A DNA stretch of 64,000 bases from NCBI RefSeq assembly GCF_001194135.2, contig NC_069003.1, positions 31,031,705-31,095,704 on the forward strand. The letters run 5' to 3'. The notes under the pieces are model-generated. The model was not told where the DNA came from. It saw only the letters and a program-made list of their open reading frames with translations, and did no database searches. Both the position numbers and the translations under genes were made by a program. Below are positions 12,538 through 25,586 of this stretch, piece after piece (the first letter of the stretch is position 1; each line of letters opens with the position of its first letter). Source of the DNA: Octopus bimaculoides (Eukaryota).

Positions 12538-12965
12538 TATGTATGTAAATATATGTATATATAATTATATCTAAATATATCACAGGAGTCAGCTTCATAA
12601 TAAAGATGAGCACTGCTTCTTAATGTTCAAAGCTAAGATGGCTTTTTAGCCTAGGTGATGATTTGTAGCTTTTACTATGACTATAACATGAATATCCATT
12701 GTAAGTTAAACGCAGCAATGCTGAATGTTAACAATTGCCATTGTGTATGGACTTGTATCTCTTCAGGTTATCAATAGAAAGACATTTATCATGTGATTGG
12801 CAGACATAATTTCTTTCAGGTGGTGCCGACCCATTATTAGCTTGCTCTGGTTCATGTAACCTTTCAGTGGTTAACAAGAATGGTATTAGAAGGACAAACT
12901 GGAAAATGAACTGCAAGATGAACGTTTGAAGTTACCATTCATATTTAGATAGCTAGCAACTAGCT

Positions 12966-13372
12966 ATTCTTTTACTCTTTTATGTGTTTCAGTCATTTGA
13001 CTGTGGCCATGCTGGAGCACCGCCTTTAGTCGAGCAAATTAACCCCGGGACTTATTCTTTGTAAGCCTAGTACTTATTCTATCGGTCTCTTTTGCCGAAC
13101 CGCTATGTTATGGGGACATAAACACACCAGCATCGGTTGTCAAGCGATGTTGGGGGGACAAACACAGACACACAAACATATACACATGCATACATATATA
13201 CGTATATACGACAAGCTTCTTTCAGTTTCCGTCTACCAAATCCAATCACAAGGCCTTGGTCAGCCCGAGGCTATAGTAGAAGATACTTGCCCAGAGTGCC
13301 ACGCAGTGGGACTGAACCCAGAACCATGTGGTTGGTAAGCAAGCTACTTACCACACAGTCACTCTTGCACCT
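12966..13372 (-). mobile_element. Full-length SINE family A
   Basis: tRNA-like head with B-box-like gggttcagtccc, internal microsatellite, 3' (gagtaaaa)-type tail; many homologous copies in the window. Confidence 0.85.
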
Positions 13373-13544
13373 ATCTGCATAATGTGTGTGTGTGTGTGTG
13401 TGTGTGTGTATGAGTGAGTGTGTGTTTATGTCTCCTTCGCTTCACATTGCATGACAGTTGTAAACGAATGGCACTGTCATACAAGCAGTGTCATTCATTT
13501 CCGATATTCTGTGAGAGCATGTCTAACTTATTGGTCGAGTGGTA

Positions 13545-13680
13545 GCTACCTCATCGACACCCGAAAGATGAAAAGCAAAAATGGCTAAGTTGATGTCAGC
13601 AAAATTTGTACTCAGAATGTAGAGACGGACAAAATGCAACTAAGCATTTTGCTTGGCATGCCATCGATTCTGCCAGCTCA
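13545..13680 (-). mobile_element. SINE family B, partial
   Basis: Head and CORE-like motifs in reverse complement. Confidence 0.65.
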
Positions 13681-14245
13681 AATATTAATGACATTAATAA
13701 TATTTCTAATAATAAAAATAACAATTGCAATTATAATGGTAATAATAATATAAAAAAAAAAAACAAGAATTAAAATGAAAAACAGAAACAAAATTTCTTC
13801 TGGTATTAATTCAAGCACTAATTCACTCGACTCAAAACATAAGCTTAAATAGTTTTAATAATCTTCTTTGTAATTGTAGAGTAGGATAAAATTATCCATT
13901 AAAAGAATATTGTCAGCATAAAAATACAGTCTATAAATGTAACATTAAAACTCATAATTTTAGTTTCTCTAAAATTTATATTGGATTTACTGGAAATTTT
14001 TGGAAAAAAAATGTATGCGATTTGCACTGTCATCACTCTTTTAATAGAAAATTTAAAAATTCAAATTCTCTTGCTAAATACGTTCTTAATTTGAAATAGG
14101 AGTGTATAAAATATAGCTTGGAATGTTCTATTCTAAATGCACAAGGTAGTACCAGGGCGAGTCAAAGGTTTGTCATTTATGTACATCAGAAGCACTGGAA
14201 ATCATAAAAGATGATCCATGTTCTCTACTCAATATGAAACATGAG

Positions 14246-14299
<54 letters not shown>

Positions 14300-15043
14300 G
14301 TTATTAACTACCAACATTTAGATGCGTTTATCTTTTCTAATTATCATAAAGGAAGACATAGAAATTGTTTTACTATTCACAAACAGAAAGATAATAACAT
14401 AAATAATAATAATAATAATAATAAGATAAAGAAATTTGAAAAGGAAAAGTATACAGTAACAGGTTAACTTGCTTACATGATTTTATATATGTTATGTTTT
14501 CCCTATATAAGTAATTAATTTCTCATTTTAACTTATGTAATCTTTCATTCTAATTTATTTCATCTGTTTCATCTTAAATGTCATATTTTATTTTATTTTC
14601 TTCGTTAATATTTTTAATATCATTATTAATTGCATTGAAAATACATTCATCTTCATCTGAATATCTTCCTACGTATGTCAGTGTAAATATGCTTGCATTC
14701 ATGTATATGTTGTCTATGCATATGGATGTGTTATATNNNNNNNNNNNNNNNNNNNNNNNNNNNNNNNNNNNNNNNNNNNNNNNNNNNNNNNNNNNNNNNN
14801 NNNNNNNNNNNNNNNNNNNNNNNNNNNNNNNNNNNNNNNNNNNNNNNNNNNNNNNNNNNNNNNNNNNNNNNNNNNNNNNNNNNNNNNNNNNNNNNNNNNN
14901 NNNNNNNNNNNNNNNNNNNNNNNNNNNNNNNNNNNNNNNNNNNNNNNNNNNNNNNNNNNNNNNNNNNNNNNNNNNNNNNNNNNNNNNNNNNNNNNNNNNN
15001 NNNNNNNNNNNNNNNNNNNNNNNNNNNNNNNNNNNNNNNNNNN

Positions 15044-15087
<44 letters not shown>

Positions 15088-15569
15088 GTTTGTATGTATG
15101 TATGAATGTATATATATATATATATATGTGTGTGCGTGTGTGTATGTATATGCCTATGTGTACTTGAATACGTTCATACTGATATGCATGTGTGAGCATA
15201 CACATATATATGTGCGTGTATCTTCCTTCATGTTTGTTTTTCTTTCTGTATTCAGGAAGTATATATTCCTGTGCCAACCTGGGTTCATTTTCTATCCATC
15301 CATCTATCTCCATACATCTTCATCGACATCTAAGCATTCATACGTAAGACATAAGATCCACCGGGGGGAGGGGGGGCCCACCCCCACCACTCCCCAGCCT
15401 CCTCATTTGCCGTCTTTGTATCTCATTTGAATATCTTGTATCTTCTTTTATTTTGCGATGTCCTTTTGTGCTAACCTTTGTCTCTTCACTGCTCCTCTTC
15501 TGCCATACAACACTAAATAATGTTTTGTTTGCTGAAATTTACTCCATTATGAACATTGTAGCTGTTTAT

Positions 15570-15614
<45 letters not shown>

Positions 15615-16202
15615 TTCTTTCTTTCTTTTTCTCAATGTCTCCCTCTCTCTCTTTTCAGTTTCTCTCTCTCACTCTCTCCTTCTCAGCCTTTCTCTCTTAC
15701 CCTCTCTCTCTTTCTCAGTTTCTCTCTGTTACTTTCTCTCTCAGTCTCTCTCTCACTCTCTTTTTCTCAATCTCTCTCTCTCTTTTCCTCAGTCTCTCCC
15801 TCTCTCTTTCTCTTCTCAGTCTCGAACTCTTTTACTCTCTCTCTCTTTCTCACTTTCTCTCTGTTACTTTCTCTCTGTTACTTTCTCTCTCAGTCTCTCC
15901 TTCATTCACTCTCACTGTCTCTCTCTATCTCTCTTTCTTAGTGTCTCTCTTTCCTCTTTAACTATATCTATACCTTTTACTGTCTTTTCCTTTCATTTCA
16001 GTATGTGTGTATGTGTGTGTGTGTGTTTGTGTGTGTGTATGTATGTATGTATGTATGTATGCATGAATGTATGTATGTATGTATGCATGAATGTATGTAT
16101 GTATGTATGTATGTATGTATGTATGTATGTATGTATGTATGTATGTGCGTGTGTGTGTATGTATGTATGTATGTATGTATGTAAGTATGTATGTATGTAT
16201 GT
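15570..16202. repeat. CT-rich low-complexity tract (15570-15960) followed by (ATGT)n/(GT)n
   Basis: Direct reading of the sequence. Confidence 0.9.
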
Positions 16203-16908
16203 CATTATCCTGTTTTATTTCAAGATTTCTTGCCAGTAGAGAAAGAGACCATTTCTAACCTAGTTCCAAGACTCCTTCATTGGCATTTCAATAACATCAA
16301 CAGGATATTTTTGTATCTATGTATGTATATGTGTAGATTTGTATATTTTGTTTAATGTACGTATTCTCATGCCTATAGTTGCATATCTAGACATGCTTAT
16401 ATATATATATTTAAATGATAAACATCTGGAGAGTTTAACAGATTTTTACAGTTCCAGTCATGGCTTGGATCTGCAGTCATTGAATCAGCTTTCTCCTTTC
16501 TGGTTTTGAGAAGCCTAATTTCTCAAGACTAGTATTTAGGCAGTGTGTGTGTGTGTGAGTGTGTGCATGAATGTATGAATGTGTTTGTGTATGTATGTAT
16601 GTATGTATGTATGTATGGCTGAATGCATGCATGTATGTTTCTTTGAGATTAATTTTAATTGCTTTTTTTTTTGCTTTTGTAGATTCCAAGCGAGTCACTA
16701 ACAAAGTGGCAAATCTCTTTCACTTAAATTGAGTCAGCTCTTGGGTTTGCGGTTACCAGAATTGGTTGATGCATGCACACAGAGGTTTAATCACTGGCTA
16801 CAGATTAACTGCTTGGATATGAGTTAAAGCTGCCACTGCTACTTTGTAGACCTGAGAGTAAACAATGGCACAAAATATGATATGGATAAATGCAGGACAT
16901 ATACATAC

Positions 16909-16967
16909 CTCATCAAAATTGGCTGTTTCTGATGCATTTTCAATAACTTTGGAATAATGGCAGACAC
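16909..16967 (-). CDS. OTOF: Otoferlin-type ferlin, internal coding exon (equivalent to vertebrate OTOF exon 2), C2A domain
   Basis: Acceptor tttctttgtgattacag| and donor GAG|gtatgt; 59 nt; translates (G)VCHYSKVIENASETANFDE versus recalled human (G)QSFYSRVLENCEDVADFDE; splices in frame to 3249-3337. Confidence 0.92.
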
Positions 16968-17032
16968 CTGTAATCACAAAGAAAGCAATTATAAATCATA
17001 TGAACTGACAACATTTCTGGAAGGAACTAACT

Positions 17033-17076
<44 letters not shown>

Positions 17077-17153
17077 CACATATCTGTTGCCTCAATAAAC
17101 TTGACATATCTCAATAAAAAATAGTTTCAAACATGATATTCCTCAATAAAAAA

Positions 17154-17305
17154 TAGAAACTCTGCCAGATCAGATTGGAACTGATCTGGCAGAGTTTCTA
17201 CAGCTGGATGCCCTTCCTAATGCCAATCACTCCAAGAGTGTAGTGGGTGCTTTTACGTGCCACCAGCACGAGGGCTAGTCAGGCAGTACTGGCAACGGCC
17301 ACACG
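17154..17305 (-). mobile_element. RTE tail fragment with a perfect 20-bp foldback at its junction
   Basis: tagaaactctgccagatcag-attggaa-ctgatctggcagagtttcta, followed by RTE tail sequence. Confidence 0.75.
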
Positions 17306-17317
17306 ACACAGATGTTC

Positions 17318-17950
17318 CTGACTAGTTCGGCTATGTTACTGGTGAACACATGCTGATGTTAACTATCTTAGCCATTTTACTAGTGAATGCACGTTAACTA
17401 TTTTAATTGATGAACTCACACAGATCTTGTTAACTAACTTAACCATTTTACAAGTGATCATACAAAGATGCTGTTAACTATCTCAGCCAATCTACAGGTG
17501 AACATACACAGAGATACTGTTAACTATCTCAATCAGTTTACTGGTAGGTCTGGCTGTGTGGTGAGAAGCTTGCTTCCCAACCACGTGGCTCTGGGTTCAG
17601 TCTTACTGCATGGCACATTGGGCAAGTGTCTTCTGCTATAACCTTGGGCCGACCAAAGCCTTGTGAGTGGATTTGGTAGATGGAAACTGATGTGTCTTTG
17701 TGTCTGTGTTTGTCCCCACGACCATCATTTGATAGCTGATGTTGGTGTATTTACGTCCTTGTAACTTGGTGGTTCAGCATAAGAGACCGATAGAATAAGT
17801 ACTAGATTTATAAAGAATAAATCCTGGGGCCGATTTCTTTGACTAGAACCTTTAATGGAAGTGCTCCAACATGGCCATAGTCAACTGACTAAATTGAGTA
17901 AAAAGAATTTTAAAAAACAATACACATGCTGTTAACTATCTCAGCCATTT
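17318..17950. repeat. Diverged ~42-50-bp minisatellite (core gctgttaactatctcagccatt) interrupted by a SINE
   Basis: Five units at 17318-17545 and one more after the SINE at ~17920-17950. Confidence 0.7.
17547..17906 (+). mobile_element. Full-length SINE family A
   Basis: Aligns end to end with 12966-13372. Confidence 0.85.
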
Positions 17951-18552
17951 CATTCATCCACAACCTAATCTACACACCATTCTCTCAATCTCCTTCTCAT
18001 TCTGAGATAAAGGCAATACAAGGGCCCAAATTGTTAAAATCTTCATTCTTTCTTTACTGCAATAGAACTTTAAAAAATCTCTTCAGTTGACAATCTCTTA
18101 CCAACACAAACCATCACAAGTTACTTTGGATCTTGAATTCTTCTCTATCAACCAAACCACAGCCTGAGGATAATGTAATTTTTCTTTATGTGCATCTGCT
18201 TTTGATGGAATGCGACAAAGTATGATGATACAGTATAGAACGTTGCGGTGCACTATATAAACGTAGTCAAGTGCCGTCCATAGCTTGGAGTGGCTCAAAT
18301 AAATTTTGTGCATCAAACTGAAATGCTAATTTATATCCCAAGGCTAAATCTGGTTCCAATACTTTAAAGTGTCGGTCTGAATATTTCATTTGTTCTTTAG
18401 AAAAGAATTTTTCTTCTAGTATCACACAAGTACAGGAAATTACCTGGCAATGGTTGCTACTGCTATTACTATGGTATGGTATGATACCTAATGAGATGGA
18501 AGCAATGCTATGCTGCTCTCTAAAAAACTCTTTTGGATTACAGCCGTTCCAT

Positions 18553-18631
18553 GTACACTTGCCCAACGTGCCACGCAGTGGGACGGAACCCAGAACCATG
18601 TGGACAATAAGCAAGCTTCTTACTACACAGC

Positions 18632-18713
<82 letters not shown>

Positions 18714-18975
18714 TATATATACACACATACATATATGTGCATACATATATACATTCAAACATATACATATACATATTCATATATATATATATTTATATTC
18801 ATGTATATATGTATATATACTTTTATACTCTAGTCACAAGGCCTGGAATTCTGGAAGAGGGGGCCAGTCAATTAGATCGACACCAGTATGCAACTGGTAC
18901 TTAATTTATTGACCCCCTCCCCCACCGAAAGGATGAATAGCAAAGTCGACCTCAACGTAATTTGAACTTAGAATG
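18553..18975 (-). mobile_element. SINE A head (18553-18633) and SINE B (18830-18975) separated by (TA)n
   Basis: Family motifs in reverse complement. Confidence 0.7.
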
Positions 18976-19037
18976 TATATATATATATATATATGTATGT
19001 ATATATATACACACACACATACATGTATATGTGTATC

Positions 19038-19078
<41 letters not shown>

Positions 19079-19754
19079 ATCTGTAGAAGTAGCTATTTAT
19101 ATTCGTGGCTATAATATCTATTATTTCCATACAGGCCTTTATTTAACAGCTATTAAGTTCGTGTAAGTATAAAAACAAACATAGAGCACAATAAATTCTT
19201 TTTTTTTTCCATCATTTTATATCAAAATAAGAATATAAAGAAAGTGTTATAAGCGAGAGGTTTTTAACCATCTCAGTCAACTCATTTTATACGATTACAG
19301 CCAAATAAATGGCATACTGACATATTGTGGTGCTAACAATATGCAGATACATGAATAACCACTTTGAGTTCCCAATTATAGTCATGTATCTATTAACAAG
19401 AGATATATATCTCATGTGCTTCAGAATTATAATTCTGGCAAATAGCAGGAGAAAGGAAAACTCTTGGAACTAAAGATTCATAGCCAAGTTGTGTATTAAT
19501 AGCATTAAATTCTGTAAACTTTTGTGGTGGACATTCTAATAAAAGGAAATTATAGCAGAGGTATCTGCGAGCCATTTCTGTGCCAATATTCACCAAATAT
19601 AATAATAGGATGAATTATGAGGTGGACTGTCAATTGGTGCGTTCTAAGTTTGGACACAATATGGTGAAACACCAGAAATATTTATTAACAAATATAAATA
19701 CAAACATACGAACGCACATATACTACATACATACATACATATATATATATATAC

Positions 19755-19805
<51 letters not shown>

Positions 19806-20071
19806 NNNNNNNNNNNNNNNNNNNNNNNNNNNNNNNNNNNNNNNNNNNNNNNNNNNNNNNNNNNNNNNNNNNNNNNNNNNNNNNNNNNNNNNNNNNNNNN
19901 NNNNNNNNNNNNNNNNNNNNNNNNNNNNNNNNNNNNNNNNNNNNNNNNNNNNNNNNNNNNNNNNNNNNNNNNNNNNNNNNNNNNNNNNNNNNNNNNNNNN
20001 NNNNNNNNNNNNNNNNNNNNNNNNNNNNNNNNNNNNNNNNNNNNNNNNNNNNNNNNNNNNNNNNNNNNNNN

Positions 20072-20104
<33 letters not shown>

Positions 20105-20135
20105 TAAATATGTATACATACATACATATATTATA

Positions 20136-20423
20136 ACAGCCTTGGGCTGACCAAAGCCTTTTGAGTGGACTTGGTGGATGGAAACTGAAAGAAGCCCATT
20201 GTATATATATATATGTGTGTATATTTCTGTATGTATGTTTGTGATTTTGTCCATCATCACTTAGAAACTGATGTTAGTGTGTTTACGTCCCTGTAACTTA
20301 GCAGTTTGGCAAAAGAGACCAACAGAATGAGTACTTGGTTTACAAAGAATAAGTCCTGGTGTCGATTTGTTCTATTAAAGGCGGTGCTCTAGCATGGCCA
20401 CAGTCAAATGACTGAAACAAGTA
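20136..20423 (+). mobile_element. SINE family A, 5'-truncated
   Basis: gaccaaagcc…gtggacttggt.gatggaaactgaaagaagccc…ccagcatggc-like tail. Confidence 0.8.
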
Positions 20424-21378
20424 TTATTTATGCTGCCAGAGTTCTGAAGTGTCCATTTCTGGTTTTTAGAGTGTTAACCAAAGTAGACTCTCTTATTCTG
20501 CTATAGTCTATATATTTTCTATATCAACACTATCAATTTCTTCCAGCCTGATTTAACAGTATTCTACTCAAAAACATTCCCCTTGAGTGCAAGATCATGG
20601 GTTTGGTTCCGAGACCAGGTAGCATTGAGTTCTTGAGCAAAAACATTCCATCTCACGTTGCTCTGCAACCACTTCAACCACAAATGCACAAAACACCATC
20701 CACCTCCCCAGCTAATGTCGATTTAATGGAGGGAACAAGCCTAAGTATAACACAAACATTTGATCTTTATAAAGAAATCACCAGTACAGGTTGTTTGGCA
20801 AGAAATTGCGGAACGGTCATTCTCAGACTTTCAAGACTACCGTCAAATATGTATGTTGTATGTGTGTACAAATGTATGTGTTTATGTTATGTATGTGTGC
20901 ATGCAGAAGAAGGAACAGAGAGAAAAAGCGGGACAGAGACAGAAAGAGAGAAAGTTGTACAAAAACCTGGCAGTTATGTATATGTGTGTATATCAGTGTG
21001 TAAGTGTGTATGCATAATTATATGTACATGTGTGTGTGTTATGGATATATGTAAGTATGTATGTATACTATTAGGTGTGGCTGGCTAAAAAGTTAGGAAT
21101 GGTTAGCAATTATGGCTTCAGTGGTTGTATGATGAATAGAAGGGTTTCAGAAGATATTAATACACTGATCGATAAGTTAATACTTGAAGCCAGAGAAAGT
21201 TAAGTAGTTTAAGCATAGGAGAGAAGAACAGATGCATTCCTAAATTGTCTTGGATTCTGAAATTGCACAAACTACCATATACAAGTAAATTTATAGGCTG
21301 GTACAAGACATAGTAAAAAGAGACAGGTTGCAGACTTAATAAATGCTGCATTGAATGGTTGTTCAAAAGTTTGTAGGT

Positions 21379-22324
21379 GCTGGTGTGGCTATGTGATAAG
21401 AAGTTTGCTTCTAAACCATGTGGCTCTGGGTTCAGTCCCACTGTGTGGTACTTTAAGGCAAGTGTCTTATACTGCAGCTCTGGGTCAAACAAAGCTTTGT
21501 AAGTGGATTTGGTAGAAAGAAGCCCCATCACAAACATGTATAACATGTGTGCATATATGTGGGTATATATATATATATATATAGCTGAACATTAGAAGCA
21601 TCAGTTGTGGCGTGCAAGAGAGACGATTGCGCTGGTATGGACATGTGGTGAGAATGGATGAGGATAGCTGCGTGAAAAAGTGCCACACCCTAACAGTTGA
21701 GGTAGGCCCAGGAAGACCTGGGCTGAGGTGGTGAGGCAAGACCTTCGTACACTGGGCCTCACCGAGGCGATGACTACTGACCGAGACCTTTGGAAATGTG
21801 CTGTGCATGAGAAGACCCGGCAAGCCAAGTAAGATCGTTGCCAGTGCCCCTGGACTGGTTCTTGTGCGGGTGGCACNNNNNNNNNNNNNNNNNNNNNNNN
21901 NNNNNNNNNNNNNNNNNNNNNNNNNNNNNNNNNNNNNNNNNNNNNNNNNNNNNNNNNNNNNNNNNNNNNNNNNNNNNNNNNNNNNNNNNNNNNNNNNNNN
22001 NNNNNNNNNNNNNNNNNNNNNNNNNNNNNNNNNNNNNNNNNNNNNNNNNNNNNNNNNNNNNNNNNNNNNNNNNNNNNNNNNNNNNNNNNNNNNNNNNNNN
22101 NNNNNNNNNNNNNNNNGCTGGTGTGGCTATGTGATAAGAAGTTTGCTTCTAAACCATGTGGCTCTGGGTTCAGTCCCACTGTGTGGTACTTTAAGGCAAG
22201 TGTCTTATACTGCAGCTCTGGGTCAAACAAAGCTTTGTAAGTGGATTTGGTAGAAAGAAGCCCCATCACAAACATGTATAACATGTGTGCATATATGTGG
22301 GTATATATATATATATATATAGCT
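21379..22324 (+). repeat. Identical 208-bp SINE A head duplicated across a gap (21379-21586 and 22117-22324)
   Basis: Base-for-base identical by eye; probably two haplotypes placed in tandem. Confidence 0.75.
21585..21876 (+). mobile_element. 5'-truncated RTE-clade LINE: C-terminus of the ORF plus start of the 3' UTR
   Basis: Translates LNIRSISCGVQERRLRWYGHVVRMDEDSCVKKCHTLTVE / GRPRKTWAEVVRQDLRTLGLTEAMTTDRDLWKCAVHEKTRQAK* with one frameshifting deletion; RLRWxGHVxRM and GRPRKTW are typical RTE C-terminal motifs. Confidence 0.85.
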
Positions 22325-22907
22325 AGATAGATAGATAGACAGACAGATATATGTATATATCACTAGCTAACTAGAGATAGATAGATAGCTACTTAGATAG
22401 GTAGGTAGGTAGGTAGATAGATAGATAGATAGACAGACATACAGATTGATAGATAGAAATGAGTGGTGAACACAGGTATATAGCAGAATGGCAGGATAGC
22501 AATGATGCCAATTGGTACAGGGAGAACAGGAGAGAGAGAGATGAAAAACCGGCATTGGGCTGAGGGAGCAGTTTTGAGGGGAGACAAGCATAGTGCATGA
22601 AGAGATGTTGTAAATTTAGCTTAGTGTTTTAGAAGCAAACAGAAGTGGCTATAATGAATAAAAAAAGGAATTATTTAGAGACCTTGTCAGGTCAGGAATC
22701 TCATCACAGACTGATGTGACCTGGTACTGACACCATGTAAACCAGTACTACCTGTTCCATGGTCAAGTGGTCAGTGACTAAACCAGCTCCCCCACTTGAG
22801 TAGCTTGCAACTCTCGTGATGAGAGTATCTGGACACCCAGCAGGACTAAAACAAAAAGACCTCTCAAGGGATGGATGAGTTCTTTGTGGTCCAATGGTCA
22901 TCCAGTT

Positions 22908-22958
22908 GAGGAAGGCAATGGCAAACCTCCTCAATATCTCTGCCAAGAAAACACTATG
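22908..22958 (+). mobile_element. BovB/RTE-like terminal motif
   Basis: gaggaaggcaatggcaaacctcctcaatatctctgccaagaaaacactatg resembles the recalled BovB/Sauria-SINE tail GAAGGCAATGGCAAACCACCTCTG…TCTTGCCAAGAAAACCCCATG. Confidence 0.5.
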
Positions 22959-24270
22959 AGAAAGTCAGAATGATGTAACGCTATGGGTTCATCCGATGGG
23001 AGAACTTGGGCTTAATCAAAACTTTCACCGTAGTGTCTTTCAATACACTGTAAAAGCATACAACGACGATGATGATAATACAGAACAGCATTAGTCAATA
23101 ATGAATGTTTATAATAAAACTAATGACTTTAAATTTAAAGTGGAAATGTCACCTTATATTTTCAACCGTATTCCAGTATAGTTTACGAAACAGTAATAAA
23201 GTACAAAAAAAAAAATTATATATTTATAGCTGGAGTGAATAATTAGACAAGGGCAGAATAGTAAATTGATAATTAACTACTTTAATTGTTGCTTAGATAT
23301 GCTTAGTGGTATGATGAAGAAGTATGGTGTTATTTCAAGCTTGCAATTGAATCGTGAATTGAAGTTTGGCAGAAATGGAAAATAAATGGATTTTATGGAG
23401 AAGAATATGGAGTTGGGGTGGAGATATAGTTTATTGGAATTTTTAACAATATCATTTCTCCTATTTAAGTATAGTTAGCCCTTTAACTGCTACAGTAAAT
23501 TCCATGGTTATTCCAGTCATGATGTTAAATATCTACCAAAACGTAGAACTGGTATTTTCTGCAAGTCAGATAGCTTCAATAAATTTGCCATGTCTTAAGA
23601 GAAAATAGTTCCAAACGTGACATTCCTCAACAAAAGAATAGAATGATGTATTAAACTGCTTTCTGCAGTTAAGGGTAATGGAATTTTGATTGGGTGTATC
23701 TGATTTCCTGAATAATTGGCTTAAAATAGAAGTTGGGGACATGGGATAATGTGGTCCTGAATCCAGTGTGTCTGGAAAATAAGTAAGACAGTCGTGGTTG
23801 GATTGTCTTTGATCACAGGTTTTGCAAGATCCTTTAGCCCATTCACTACAAAATTAAATTTCATTTTTACTCGGTTGGCAACATGGAATCCTAACATATA
23901 ATTGCCAACCAAGTGTGGCATCCTATATTTATATACATAAATACATACATACATATATATATATATAGGCGCAGGAGTGGCCGTGTGGTAAGNNNNNNNN
24001 NNNNNNNNNNNNNNNNNNNNNNNNNNNNNNNNNNNNNNNNNNNNNNNNNNNNNNNNNNNNNNNNNNNNNNNNNNNNNNNNNNNNNNNNNNNNNNNNNNNN
24101 NNNNNNNNNNNNNNNNNNNNNNNNNNNNNNNNNNNNNNNNNNNNNNNNNNNNNNNNNNNNNNNNNNNNNNNNNNNNNNNNNNNNNNNNNNNNNNNNNNNN
24201 NNNNNNNNNNNNNNNNNNNNNNNNNNNNNNNNNNNNNNNNNNNNNNNNNNNNNNNNNNNNNNNNNNNNNN

Positions 24271-24770
24271 TACGGGGACGTAAACACACCACCATCGGTT
24301 GTCAAGCGATGTTGGGGGGACAAACACAGACACGCAAACATATATATATATATATATACATATATACGACAGGCTTCTTTCAGTTTCCGTCTACCAAATC
24401 CACTCACAAGGCTTTGGTCGGCCCGAGGCTATAGTAGAAGACACTTGCCCAAGGTGCCACGCAGTGGGAATGAACCCGGAACCATGTGGCTGGTAAGCAA
24501 GCTAGTTACCACACAGCCACTCCTGCTATATATATATTTATATACATACATATATATATATATAGGCGCAGGAGTGGCCGTGTGGTAAGTAGCCTGTTTA
24601 CCAACCACATGGTTCCGGGTTCAGTCCCACTGCATGGCACCTTGGCCAAGTGCCTTTTACTATAGTCTCAGGCTGNNNNNNNNNNCTTGGCCAAGTGCCT
24701 TTTACTATAGTCTCAGGCTGACCAAAGCCTTGTGAGTGGATTTGGTAGACGGAAACTGAAAGAAGCCTGT
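24271..24770. mobile_element. Head-to-head inverted SINE A pair: 24271-24526 (-) and 24565-24770 (+)
   Basis: The two heads diverge from a 38-nt TA-rich spacer. Confidence 0.85.
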
Positions 24771-25549
24771 CATATATATATGCATATATATATATATGTA
24801 TCTGTGTGTATATGTTTTGTCTGGTACTGCATCAATTATTATTATTATTATTATTGAGTGAGAGGCACCAGTCTGCTTTGGCAAGGTTTCTATGGTTGGA
24901 TGCCCTTCCTAATGCCAACCACTTTACAGAGCCTACTGGATGCTTTTATGTGGCACTGCATGGGTGCTTTTACTTGTCACCACTCTTATGAAATGCCACT
25001 AAGCATTTTGCTTGGCATGCTAATGGTTCTGCTAGTACACTGCCTTCAGTGAGACATGAATACTGGAGGATAGAAGTAGATATTAGTAGATGCATATCAA
25101 TAGATAGATTGATTGAGAGATATTGATAGATGGATGGATGGATGGATGGATGGATGAATGGATGGGTGGACAGACAGACAGACGGATAGATAGATACATA
25201 CATAGATGGATGGATGGATGGGTAAATAGATAGATAGATAAGTAGATAGAGAGAGGGGAGCAGGGATAGAGATGGAGGTAAAGAGATTGATTGTTAGGTA
25301 GATAGATAAAGTACTAGATATTGACAAATAGATCCTGAGAAATAGATATTTGTTTATGTGTGTGTTTATTTGTTATTGTGTATATGTGTTTGTGTGTATG
25401 TGTGTGTGTGCAACCCTCTTCAGAAAGCAATCAACAGATCACAATAATAGGTTAAAAGACTGTTACAATTAATCAAATATTAAGGATGCGTCTTAATTAT
25501 TCACAAGCAAAGACGAACACTCCCAAGCTACAACACACACACACATGCA

Positions 25550-25586
<37 letters not shown>

